Positions 31,342 through 43,425 of a stretch of DNA of 64,000 nucleotides are shown here, one piece after another. Below the pieces are notes generated by a model. It worked only from the letters and a program-made list of their open reading frames with translations, was not told the DNA's origin and searched no databases. Both the position numbers and the translations under genes were made by a program. Positions within the stretch are counted from its first letter, which is position 1, and every line of letters starts with the position of its first letter. Source of the stretch: the human T2T-CHM13v2.0 reference genome, Homo sapiens; the NCBI RefSeq assembly GCF_009914755.1, contig NC_060937.1; one strand, given 5' to 3'.

Positions 31342-31393
31342 GTGAGCTAAGATTGTGCCACTGCACTACACTCTGCGGGACAGAGAGACATCC
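31342..31393 (+). repeat. Alu 3'-end fragment, copy 3
   Basis: gtgagctaagattgtgccactgcactacactctgcgggacagagagacatcc. Confidence 0.82.
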
Positions 31394-32847
31394 AATCGAA
31401 ATTGAGGAATGCAATGGAATGGAGTAAAGTGGAATGGAATGGAGTGGAGTTGAATAGAATGCAGTGGAATGGAGTGGAGTGGAGTGGAAGGGAGTGGAGT
31501 GGAATGGAGTGGAATGGAATGGAGTGGAGTGGAATGGAGTGGAATGGAGTGGAATAGAGTGGAATGGAATGGAGTGTAGAGGAAAGAAATGGAGTGGAAT
31601 GAAAGGAACGATACAGAATGGAATGGAATGAAGTGTAGTGTAGTGTAGTGTAGTGTAGTGGAGTTGAGTGGAATGGATCAGAGTGCAGTGGAATTCAATG
31701 GAATGGAATGGAATGGAGTGGTTTGGAGTGGAGTTGAGTGGAGTAGAGTGGAATAGAGTAGAGAGGAATGGAGAGGAATGGAGTGAAATGGAATGGAGTG
31801 GAGTGGAATGCAGTAGAATGGAATGGAATGGAATTGAATGGAACAGAATGGAATGGAATGGAAGGGAATGGAGTGGAGTGGAGTGGAGTGGATTGAAGTT
31901 GGGTGGAGTGGATCGGATTGAAGTGGAATGGAATGGAATGGAATGGAGTGGAGTGGAATAAAATGTAATGGAATGGAATGGAATGGGGTGGAGTGGAGTG
32001 GAATGGAGTGGAGTGGATTGAAGTGGAGTGGAGTGGAAAGGAAGGGAGTGGTGTGGAATGGAATGAAATGGAGTGGAGTGGAATGGAATGGAGTGGAATG
32101 GAATGGAATGGAGAGGAGTGGAATGAAATGGAGTGGAGTGGAACGGAAAGGAGTGGAGTGGAATGGAGTGGAGTGGAGTGGAACGGAATGCAGTGGAAAA
32201 GAATGGAATGGAGTGGAGTGGAATGGAATGGAGTGGAGTGGAATGGAATGGAGTGGAGTGGAATGGAAAGGAGTGGAGTGGAATGGAGTTGAGTAGAGTG
32301 GAGTGGAGTGGATCAGAGTGCAGTGGAAAGGAATGGAATGGAATGGAATAGAATGGAATGGAATGGAATGGAATATAATGCAGTGGAGTGGAGCGAAGTG
32401 GAGTGGAGTGGAACGAAGTGGATCAGAGTGCAGTGGAATGGAAAGGAATGGAATGGAATGGAATGGAGTGGAGTGTAGTGTAGTTGAGTGGAGTGGAATG
32501 GAATGGAATGGAACGTAATGGAATGGAAAGGAATGGAATGGAACAGAGTGGAGTGGAGTGTAGTTGAGGGGAGTGGATTGGAGTGCAATGAACTGGAATA
32601 GAATGGAAGGGAATGGAGTGGAGTGGAATGGAATTAAATGGAATGAAGTGGATTGGAGAGGAGTGGAGTTTAGTGGAGTGCAGAGGAATGGAATGGAGTG
32701 GAGTGGAATGGAAGGGAGTGGAGTGGAGTGGATCAGAGGCGAGTGGAGTGGAGTGGAATGGAATAAAATGGAGTGTAGTGTAGTGGAGTGGAATGGAATG
32801 GAATGGAATGGAATGGAATGGAATGGAATGGAATGGTGAAATGAAAT

Positions 32848-32899
32848 GTGAGCTAAGATTGTGCCACTGTACTCCAGTATGGGAGACAGAGTGAGATCC
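32848..32899 (+). repeat. Alu 3'-end fragment, copy 4
   Basis: gtgagctaagattgtgccactgtactccagtatgggagacagagtgagatcc. Confidence 0.85.
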
Positions 32900-34078
32900 A
32901 GTCGAAAATAAGGAATGGACTGGAATGGAGTAAAATGGAATGGAATGAAGTGGAGTGGAATGGAATGGGTTGGAATGGAGTGGATTGGAGTGGAATGGAG
33001 TGGAGTGGAGTGGAATGGTGTGGTGTGGAATGGTGTGGTGTGGAATGGAATGATATGGAATGGAATGAAGGGGAATGGAGTGGAGTGGAGTGTAATGGAG
33101 TTTATTGGAATGGAGTGCAGTGCAATGGAAAGGAATGGAATGGATTAGAATGGCATGGAGAGGAATGGATTGGAGTGGAATGGAGTGGACTGGAATGGAA
33201 CGGAATAGGACGGAAGGGAACGGAACAGAATGGAACAGAGTTTAGTGGAGAGTAGTGGAATTGAGTGGGGTGGATCAGAGTGCAGTGGAATGGAATGGAA
33301 TGAAATGGAATGGTATGAAATGAAGGGGAGAGGAGTGGAGTGGAGTTGAGTGGAATGGGTTTGAGTGGAGTGGATCGCACTGCAGTGGAATGGAAAGGAA
33401 TGGAATGGAAAGCAGTAGAATGGACTGGAGTGGAGTGGAGTGGAGGGGATTGGACTGGAATGGACGGGAGTGGAATGCAGTGGAGGGCAATGGAGTGGAA
33501 TGGAGTGGAATGGAATGGATAGGAGTGGAATGGAATGGAATGGAATGGAACGGAATGGAATGGAAGGGAAAGGAATAGAATGGATCGGATCGAGTGGAGT
33601 GGAATGGAGTGGAGCGGAGTTGCGTGGAGTGGAACGGAGTACAAGGGAATGGAATGGAATGGAATGGAATGGAATGGAATGGAGTGGAGTAGAATGGGAT
33701 GGAATGGAGTGGAGTTAAGTGTAGTGGAGTGGAATGGAGTGTAATAAAGTGAAATGGAGTGGCGCTGTGAGGAGTGGAGTGGAATGGAATGGAGTGGAAT
33801 GCAACAAACCCGAACGGAACGGAACAAAACGAAATGGAATGGAGTGGAGTGGAGTGCAGTGGAGTTTAGTGGAGTGGAGTGGACTGGAGAGGAGTGGAGT
33901 GGAGTGCAGTGGAGTGGATTGGAATGGAGTGGAATGGAGTAGAGTGGAATGGAATGGAATGGAACGGAACGCAAAGGAATGTAGCGGAATGGAATGGAAC
34001 AGAATGGAAAGGAGTGGAGTGGAGCTGAGTGGAGTGGAGTGAAATGGAATGGAATGGAATGGAATGGTGAAATGAAAT

Positions 34079-34130
34079 GTGAGCTAAGAACGTGTCATTG
34101 CACTCCTGTCAGGGTGACAGAGTGAGATCC
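34079..34130 (+). repeat. Alu 3'-end fragment, copy 5
   Basis: gtgagctaagaacgtgtcattgcactcctgtcagggtgacagagtgagatcc. Confidence 0.82.
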
Positions 34131-35465
34131 AGTTGAAATAAAGGAATAGAATGGAATGGAATGGAGTGGACTGGAATGGAATGGAGTGTACTGGAATGGA
34201 ATGGAGTGGAATGGAGTGGAGTAGAATGGAGTGGAGTGGAATGGAGTGGAATGGAGTGGAGTGGAACGGAATGGAATGGAGTGGAGTGGAATGGAGTGGA
34301 GTGGAACGGAATGGAATGGAGTGGAACAGAATATAGTGGAATGGAGTGGAATGGAGTGGAATGGAGTGGAGTGGAAAGGAATGGAATGGAGTGGAACAGA
34401 ATGGAGTGGAATGGAATGGAATGGAGTGGAGTGGAATGGAATGGAATGGAGTGGAACAGAATGGAGTGGAATGGAACAGAACGGAATGAAACAGAACGGA
34501 ATGAAACGGAATGGAGTGGAATGGAGTAGAGTGGAGTGTATAGGACTGAAGTGGAATGGAATGGAATGGAGTGGAGTGGAGCGGACTGGAGTGGAGTGGA
34601 GTAGAATGGATTGGAGTGGAGTGGAGTGGTATATAGAGGAAAGGAATGGAGTGGAGTGGAATGGAATGGAAAGGAGAGGAATGGAAAGTTAAGGAGTGGC
34701 ATGGAATGGAGTGGAGTGGAGTTGAGTGGAGTGGATCAGATTGCCGTGGAATGGAATGGAATGTAATGGAATGGAATGGAGAGTTATGGAGTGTAGTGGA
34801 ATGGAGTGGAGTAGAGTGGAGTGGAGTGGAATGGAGAGGAGTGGAGTGGATTGGAGTGGAGTGGAATGGAGTGGAGTGTAATCGAATACAATGAAATGGA
34901 ATGGAATGGAATGGAGTGGAGTGCAGTGGAGTCGAGTGGAATGGAATGTAGTGGAATAAAGTGGAATGCAATGGAATGGAATGGAGTGCAATGGAACGGA
35001 ATGGAGTTGCATGGAACGGAATGGAATGCAGAGTAATGGAATGGAGTGGAGTGGGGAAGAGTGGAGTGCAGTGGAATGGAGTTAAATGAAGTGGAATGGA
35101 ATGGAGTGGAATGGAGTGGAGTTCAATGGAATGAAAAGGAATGGAATGGAATGGAACGGAATGGGGTGTAATAGAATGGAATGGAATGGAGTGGAGTAGA
35201 ATGGAGTGAAGTGAAGTGGACTGAAGTGGAGTGGAGTGGAGGGTAATGGAGGGGAACGGAATGGGATGGAGTTGAATGGATTGGAGTGGAGTGGAGTGGA
35301 ATGGAGTGAAATGGAATGGGATGGAGTGGAGTGGGTTGGAGTGGAGTGGAGTGGAATGGAATGGAATGGAATTGAAAGGAATGGAATTGAATGGAATTGA
35401 ATGGAATGGAACGCAATAGAATGGAATGAAATGGAATGCAATGGAATGGAATGGTGAAATGAAAA

Positions 35466-35515
35466 GTGAGCTGAGATTCTGCCACTGCACAGCAGCCTGG
35501 GTGACAGAGTGAGAT
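35466..35515 (+). repeat. Alu 3'-end fragment, copy 6
   Basis: gtgagctgagattctgccactgcacagcagcctgggtgacagagtgagat. Confidence 0.85.
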
Positions 35516-35856
35516 AATGTCAAAAGAAAGGGAAGGAATGGAATGGAGTGGAATGGAATGGAATCTAATGGAATTGAATGGAATGGAATGGAATGGAAAG
35601 AAATGGAATGGAATGGAACGTAGTGTAGTGTAGTGGAGTGGAGTGGAGTGGAATGCAGTGCAGTGGAATGGAGTGTAATGAAATGGGATATAATCTAATA
35701 GAATGGAGTGGAGTGGACTGGAATGGTGTGGAAGGACATGGGATGCAATGGAGTGGAGTGGAGTGGAGTGGAATGAAAGGAATGTAGTGGAGAGGAGTGG
35801 AGTGGAGTGGAATGGAATGAAATGGAATAGAATGGAATGGAATGGTGAAATGAAAT

Positions 35857-35906
35857 GTGAGCTGAGATTGTGCCACTGCACTCCAGCCTGTGTGACAGTG
35901 AGATCC
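35857..35906 (+). repeat. Alu 3'-end fragment, copy 7
   Basis: gtgagctgagattgtgccactgcactccagcctgtgtgacagtgagatcc. Confidence 0.87.
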
Positions 35907-36211
35907 TGTTGAAAGAAAGGTATGGATTAAAATGGAATGGAATTAAATGGAATGGAGTGGATTGGAGTGGAATTTAGCGGAATGCTGTGGAATGGAATGG
36001 GATGGAATGGAATGGAATGGAATGGAGTGGAGTAGAGTGGATTGGAGTGGAGTGGAGTGGAATGGAGTGGAATAGAATGGGATTCAATGGAATGGAGTGG
36101 AGTGGAGTAGAGTGGACTGGAATGGAGTGGAACCGAATGGAATGGAATGGAATGGATTGGAGTGGAATGCAATTGAATGGAATGGAATTGAATGGAATGG
36201 TGAAATGAAAT

Positions 36212-36263
36212 GTGAGCTGAGATACTGCTGCTGCACTCCAGCCTGGGTGACACAGTGAGATCC
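36212..36263 (+). repeat. Alu 3'-end fragment, copy 8
   Basis: gtgagctgagatactgctgctgcactccagcctgggtgacacagtgagatcc. Confidence 0.85.
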
Positions 36264-36607
36264 TGTCAAAAGAAAGGAATGGAATGGAATGGAGTTGAAT
36301 GGAATGGAATAGAGTGGAGTGGAGTGGAGTGGAGAGGAATGGAGTGGAATGTGATGGGATGGATTGGAGTGAAATGGAGTGGAGTGGACTGGACTGGACT
36401 GGAGTGGATTGGAGTGGAATGGAGTGGAATGTAATGGGATGGTTTGGGATGGAGTGGAGTGGACTGGAGGGGTTTATAGTGGAATGGAGTGGATGGAATG
36501 GAATGGAGTTGAGTGGAGTGAAGTGGAGTGGAGTGCAGTGGAATGTTATGGAATGGAATGGAATGGAATTGAATGGAATGGAATGCAATGGAATGCTGAA
36601 GTGAAAT

Positions 36608-36659
36608 GTCAGCTGAGATTGCTCCACTGCACTCCAGCCTGGGTGACAGAGTGAGATCC
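36608..36659 (+). repeat. Alu 3'-end fragment, copy 9
   Basis: gtcagctgagattgctccactgcactccagcctgggtgacagagtgagatcc. Confidence 0.87.
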
Positions 36660-36919
36660 TGTCGAAAGAAAGGAATGGAATGGAATGGAATGGTGTGGTA
36701 TGGAATGTAATGGAAGGGAGTGTAGTGTAGTCTACTGTACTGTAGTGGAGTGGAGTGGAGTTGAATTCAATGGGATGGCATGAAAGGGAGTGGAAGTGAG
36801 TGGAGTGGAATGCAGTGTACTGGAATGGAGTGGGATTGATTGGAATGGAGTGGAGTGGAGTGCAGCAGAGTGTAGTGAAATGGAATGGAATGGAGTGGAA
36901 TGGAATGTTGAAATGTCAT

Positions 36920-36970
36920 GTGAGCTGAGATTGTGCCACTTCACTCCAGGCTTGTCGACAGGGTGAGATA
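36920..36970 (+). repeat. Alu 3'-end fragment, copy 10
   Basis: gtgagctgagattgtgccacttcactccaggcttgtcgacagggtgagata. Confidence 0.82.
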
Positions 36971-37206
36971 CTGTTAAAAGAAAGGAGTGGAATGGAGTGG
37001 AGTTGAATGCAATGGGATGGAATACAATGGAGTGAAGTGGAGTCGAGTGAAGTGGATTGGAGTGGAGTGGAATGGAGAGAACTGGAATCTGATGGAATGG
37101 AATGGAGTGGAGTGGAGTGGAATGGAATGGAATGGAGTGGGGTGGAGTGTAGTGTAGTGGAATGGAGTGGAATGGAATGGGACAGAATGGAATGCATTGG
37201 AGTGGA

Positions 37207-40200
37207 TTGGAGCACTTTGAGGCCTATGGTGGAAAAGTAAATATCTTTACATAAAACCTAGACAGAACATTCTGAGAAACTTCTTTGTGATGTGTGCGTT
37301 CTTCTCACAGAGTTGAATCTTTTTATTGAGCAGTTTGGAAACACTCTTTTTGTAGATTTTGCAAGTGGACATTTGGAGTGATTTGAGGCATATTTTAAAA
37401 AAAAAATCTTCACATGAAAACTAGATAGAAGCATTCTGACGAACTTCTTTGTGATATGTGCATTCATCTCAAAGAGTTGAACCTTTCTTTTGATTCAGCA
37501 GTTTTGAAACACCCTTTTTGTACTATCAGCAAGTGGACATTTGGCATGCATTGAGGCCTATGATGGAAAAGGAAATATGTTCACAATAACTAGACAGAAG
37601 CATTCTGACAAATTTCTTTGTGATGTGTGCATTCATCTCACAAGTTTGAACCTTTGATTTGATTGAACAGCTTTGAAACACTGTACAATCTACGTGTGGA
37701 AATTTGGAGTGCTTCGAAGCCTATGGTGGAAAAGGAAGTATCTTCATATAAAAACTATACAGAAACATTCTGACAAACTTCTTTGTGATGTGTGCATTCA
37801 TCTCACAGATTTGAACCTTTCTTTTCATTGAGCAGTTTTGAAACACGTTTTTGTAGAATCTGTAAGTGTATATTTGGAGAGTTTTCAGGCCTACGGTGGA
37901 AAAGGAAATATCTTCACATAAAAACTAGACAGAAGCATTCTGAGAAACTCCTCTGTGATGTGTGCATTCATCTCAAAGAGTTGAAACTTCATTTTGATGT
38001 ACCAGTTTTGAAATACTCTTTTTGTAGAATCTGCAAGTGGACATTTGGAACGCATTGGGGCCTATGGTAGAAAAGGATACATCTTCATTTAAAATCTAGA
38101 CAAAAGCAATCTGAGAAACTTCTTTGCGATGTGCGCATTCATGTCACAGAGTTAAACCTTTCTTTTGATTGAGCAGTTTTGAAACTCTCCTTTGTAGAAT
38201 CTGCAAGTGGAGATTAAGAGCCCTTTGAGGCCTATGGTGGAAAACGAAATATCTTCACATAAAAAGTAGACAGAAGATTTCTGAGTAACTTCTTTGTGAA
38301 GCATGCGTTCATCTCACAGAGTTGAACCTTTCTTTTGATTGAGCAGTTTAGAGACACCCTTTTGTAAAATCTCCCAGTGGACATTGGGAGTGCTTTGCAG
38401 CCTACAGCAGAAAAGGAAATATTTTCACATAAAATCTTGAGAGAAGCAATCTTAGAAACTTCTCTGTGATGTGTGCATTCCTCTCACTGAGTGAAACCTT
38501 TCTTTTGATTGAGCAGTTTTGAAACTCTCTTTTTGTTGAATCTGCAATTGGACATTGGGAGCACTTTGAGGCCTAAGGTGGAAAAGGAAATATCTTCACA
38601 TAAAAACTAGACAGAAGTATTCTGAGAAATTTCTTTTTTATGTGTGCATTCATCTGACAGAGTTGAACCTTTGTTTGATTGAGCAGTATGGAAACACTCT
38701 TTCTGTAGAATCTGCAAGTGGACATTTGGAGCGATTTGAGGCCCATGGTAGAAAAGGAACTATCTTCACATAAAATCTAGACAGAAGCAATCTGAGAAAC
38801 TTCTTTGTGATATGCGCATTTATCTCACAGAGTTAAACCTTTATTTTGATTGAGCAGTTTTAAAACGCTCTTTTTGTAGGATCTGCAAGTGGACATTTGG
38901 AGCACTTTGAGGCCAATGGTGGAAAAGGAAATATCTTCACATAAAAACAAGATTGAAGTATTCAGAGAAACTTCTTTGTGTTGTGTGCATTCATCTCCAG
39001 GAGTTGAACCTTCCTTTTGATGTACAAGTTTTGAAATACTCTTTTTGTAGAATCTGCAAGTGGACATTTGGAGGGCCTTGGGGCCTATGGTAGAAAAGGA
39101 TATATCTTCACTTAAAATCTAGACAGAAATAATCTAAGAAATTTATTTGTGATGTGTGAATTCATGTCACAGAGTTAAAACTTTTTTTTGATTGAGCAGT
39201 TTTGAAACTCTCTTTTGTAGAACCTGCAAGTGGAGATTAAGAGCTCTTTGTGGCCCATGGTGGAAAACCAAATATCTTCACATAAAAACTAGACAGAAGA
39301 CTTCTGAGTAACTTCTTTGTGAAGCATGCGTTCATCTCACAGAGTTGAGACTTTCTTTTGATTGATCAGTTTGGAGACACTCTTTTGTAAAATCTCCCAG
39401 TGGACATTTGGAGCACTTTGCGGCCTACAGTAGAAAAGGAAATATCTTCACATAAAATCTTGACAGAAGCAATCTTAGAAACTTCTCTGTGATGTGTGCA
39501 TTCATCTCACTGAGTGATACCATTCTTTTGAGTGAGAGTTTTGAAACTCTCTTTTTGTTGAATTTGCAATTGGACATTGGGAGCACTTTGAGGACTAAGG
39601 AGGAAAAGGAAATATCTTCACATAAACTCTTGACAGAAGCAATCATATAAACTTCTTTGTGATGTGTGCATTCATCTCACTGAGTGAAACCTTTCTTTTG
39701 ATTGAGCAGTTTGGAAACACTCTTTTTGTAGAATCTGCATGTGGACATTTGGAGCGATTTGAGGCCTATGGTACAGAAGGAAATATCTTAACATAAAATC
39801 TAGACAGAAGCAATCTGAGAAACTTCTTTGTGATGTGTGCATTCATCTCACAGTGTTAAACCTTTCTTTTCATTGAGCAGTTTTAAAACTCTCTTTTTGT
39901 AGGATCTGCAAGTGGACATTTGGAGCACTTTGAGGCCTATGATGGAAAAGGAAATATCTTCACTTAAAAAATAAACAGAAGAATTCTGAGAAACTTCTTT
40001 GTGATGTGTGCATTTATCTCACAGAGTTGAACCTTTCTTTTGATAGAGAAGTTTGGAAACACTCTTTCTGTAGAATCTTTAAGTGGACATTTTGTTCACC
40101 TTTTGGCCTGGGTTAGAAAAGGAAATACCTTCACATAAAATCTAGACAGAAGCAATCTGAGAAACTAATTTGTGATGTGTGCATTCATCTCACAGTGTTA

Positions 40201-43200
40201 AATATTTCTTTTCATTGAGGAGTTTTCAGGCTCTCTTTCTGTAGAATATGCAAGTGGAAATTTGAAGCGCTTTGAGGACTATGGTGGAAAACGAAATATC
40301 TTCACATAAAAACTATATAGAAGAATTCTGAGAAACTTCCCTGTTATGTGTAGGTACATCTCACCGAGTTGAACATTTCCTTTGATTCAGCATTTTGGAA
40401 ACAATCTTTTAGTAGATTCTGCAAGTGGACATTTGGAGCGCTTTGCGGCCTATGCCTGAAAAGGTAAGATCCTCACATAAAATCTAGACAGAAGCAATCT
40501 GAGAAACTCCTTTGTGATGTGTGCATTAACCTCAAAGAGTTAAAACTTTCCTTTGATTGAGGAGATTCAAAGCTCTCTTTTTGTAGAGTCTGCAAGTTTA
40601 CATTTGGAGCGCTTTGAGGACCATGGTGGAAAAGGAAATATCTTAACATAAAAACTAGGCAGAAGAATTCTGAGAAACTTCTTGGTGATGTGTGCATTCA
40701 TCTCGCAGAGTAGAACCTTTCCTTTGACTGAGCAGTTTGGAAACACTCTTTTTGTAGAGTCTGCTATTGGACATTTGGAGCGCTTTGCAGCCTATGGTAG
40801 TAAAAAAGAAAATCTTCACAAAAAATCTAGACAGAAGCAATCTGATAAACTTCTTTGAGATGTGTGCATTCAACTTACATAATTAAACCTTTTTTTTTTG
40901 ATTGTGCATTTTGGAAACTCTCTTTTTGTAGAAGCAGCAAGCAGACATTTGGAGTACTTTGTGGTGTATGGTTGAAAAGGAAATATCTTCACATAAAAAC
41001 AAGACAGAAGAATTCTGAGAAACCACTTTGTGATGTGTGCATTCCTCTCATGGAGTTGAAACTTTCTTTTTATTGAGAAGTATGGAGACACTGTTTTTGT
41101 AGAATCTGTAAGTGGACATTTGGAGGGCTTTGAGGCCCATGGTGGAAAAGGAAATATGTTAAAATAAAAAATAAGCAGAAGAATTCTGAGAAACTTGTTT
41201 GTGTCGTGTCCATTCATCTCACAAAGTTCAACCTTTCCTTTGAATGAGCAGTTTGGAAACACTCTTTTTGTAGAATCTGCAATTGGACATTTGGAGCGCT
41301 TTGCAGCCTATGGTATAAAAGGAAAAATCTTCACATAAAATCTAGACAGAAGCAATCTGAGAAACTTTTTTGAGATGTGTGCATTCATCCCACAGAGTTA
41401 AACCTTTCTTTTGATTGAGCAGTTTTGAAACTCTCTTTTTGTAGAATCTGCAAGTGGCCATTTGGAGTACTTGGAGGCCTATGGTGGAAAAGGAAATATC
41501 TTCACATAAAAAATAGGCAGAAGAATTCTGAGAAACTTCTCTGTGATGTGTGTGTTCATCCCACAAAGTTGAACCTTTATTTTCTTGAGCAGTATGGAAA
41601 CAGTCTTTTTGTCAAAGCTGCTAGTGGACTTTTGGAGAGCTTTGCAGTTTATTGAATAAAAAGAAATATCTTCACATTAAATCAAGGCAGAAGCAATCTG
41701 AGAAACTACTTTGTGATGTGTGCACTCATCTAACAGAGTTAAAATTGTCTTTTTATTGAGCAATTTTGAAACTCTCTTTTTGAAGAATCAGTAAGTGGAC
41801 GTTTGGAGTGCCTTGAGGCCTATGATGGAAAAGGAAATATCTTCACATAAAAACTAGACAGTAGATTTCTGAGAAACTTCTTTCTGATGTGTGCATTCAC
41901 CTCAAAAATTTAAACATTTCTTTTGATTGGGAGTTTTGAAACTCTCTTTTTGTAGAATCTGCAAATGGACATTTGGAGAGCTTGGACACCTGTGGTGGAA
42001 AAGGAAATATCTTCAAATAAAAACTAGGTAGAAGAATCCTGAGAAACTTCTTTGTGATGTGTGCGATTGTTTTTAGGCCTATGGTGGAAAAGGAAATATC
42101 TTCACATAAAAACTAGACAGTAGATTTCTGAGAAACTTCTTTGTGATGCTGGCGTTCATCTCACACAGTTGAATCTTTCCTTTGACTTAGCAGTTTGTAA
42201 ACACTCTTTTTGTAGGTTCTGCAAGTGTACATTTGGAGCACCTTCCGGCCTACGTTAGAAAAGGAAATATCTTCACATAAAATCTAGACAGAAGCAATCT
42301 GAGAAAATTCTTAGTGGAGTGTTCATTCACCTCAAAGAGTTAAACCTTCTTTTGATTGAGGAGTTTTGAAACTCTCCTTTCATAGAATCTGCAAGTGGAC
42401 ATTTGGAGGGCTTTGAGGACCATTGTGGAAAAGGAAATATCTTCACATAAAGACTAGACAGAAGAATTCTGAAAAACTTCTTTGTGATGTGTGCATTCAT
42501 CTCACAGAGTTAAATGTTTCTTTTAATTGAGGAATTTTGAAACTCTCTTTTTGTAGAATCTGAAATTGGATATTTTGAGCGCTTTGAGGCCTATAGTGGG
42601 AAAGGAAATAACTTCACATAAAAACTAGACAGAAGAATTCTGAGAAACTTCTTTGTGATGTGTGAATTCATCTCACAGAGTTGAAACTTCCTTTTGATTG
42701 AGCAGTTTGGAAATATTCTTTTTGTAGAATCTGCAAATGGACATTTTTTGTGCTTTGCAGCCTATGTTATAAGAGAAAATATCTTCACAAAAAATCTAGA
42801 CCTAAGCAATCTGAGAAACTACTTTGTACTGTGTGCATTCGTCTCACAGAGTTAAACCTTTCTTTTGATTGAGCAGTTTGGAAACTCTCTTTTTGTAGAA
42901 TCTGCAAGTGCACATTTGGAGTGCTTTGAAGCCTATGGTGGAAAAGAAACTATACTCACATCAAAACTAGACAGAAGAATTCTGAGAAACTTCGCTTTGA
43001 TGCGTGCGTTCATCTCACCGAGTTGATCCTTTCTTTTGATTCAGCAGTTTGGAAACAGTCTTTTTGTAGAATCTGCATGTGGGCATTTGGAACGCTTTGC
43101 TGCCTATCTTAGAAAAGGAAATATCTTCACATAGAATGTAGACAGAAGCAATCTGAGAAACTTCTTTGTGATGTGTGAATTCATCTCACAGAGTTAAACC

Positions 43201-43425
43201 TCTCATTTGTTTAATCAGTTTTTTAACTCTCTTTTTGTATAATCTGCAAGTGGACATTTGGAGTGCTTTGAGGCCTATAGTGGAAAAGGAAGCATCTTCA
43301 CCTAAAAACTAGACAGAAGAATTCTGAGAAACTTCTTTGTGATGTGTGCATTCATCTCACAGAGTTGAGCATTCTTTTGAATGAGTAGTTTGGAAACAAT
43401 CTTTTTGTGGAGTCTGCAGGTGGAC
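37207..43425 (+). repeat. Alpha satellite, forward orientation, dimeric-looking family
   Basis: Diagnostic 'gtggacatttggag'. Monomers largely alternate between 'aaaatctagacagaagcaatctgag' and 'aaaactagacagaagaattctgag'. Confidence 0.93.

Larger units (their letters stand above)
29482..37212 (+). repeat. Divergent pentameric (GGAAT/GGAGT)n satellite, HSat3-like, with interspersed Alu-derived fragments
   Basis: About 7.7 kb of 5-bp-phased ggaat/ggagt units with the purine-rich strand on +, interrupted ten times by a conserved non-pentamer cassette. Confidence 0.93.

Noticed and set aside
30361-36985. CRISPR-like array (conserved repeat plus variable spacers)
   Set aside because: The context is primate DNA and the repeats are Alu-derived. 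Spacers are 0.3-1.5 kb simple repeats and there are no cas genes.
29473-37240. Long ORFs (up to 479 aa) of MEWNG/HSIPF type
   Set aside because: They are translations of stop-poor pentamer repeats, open in several frames on both strands, with no gene structure.
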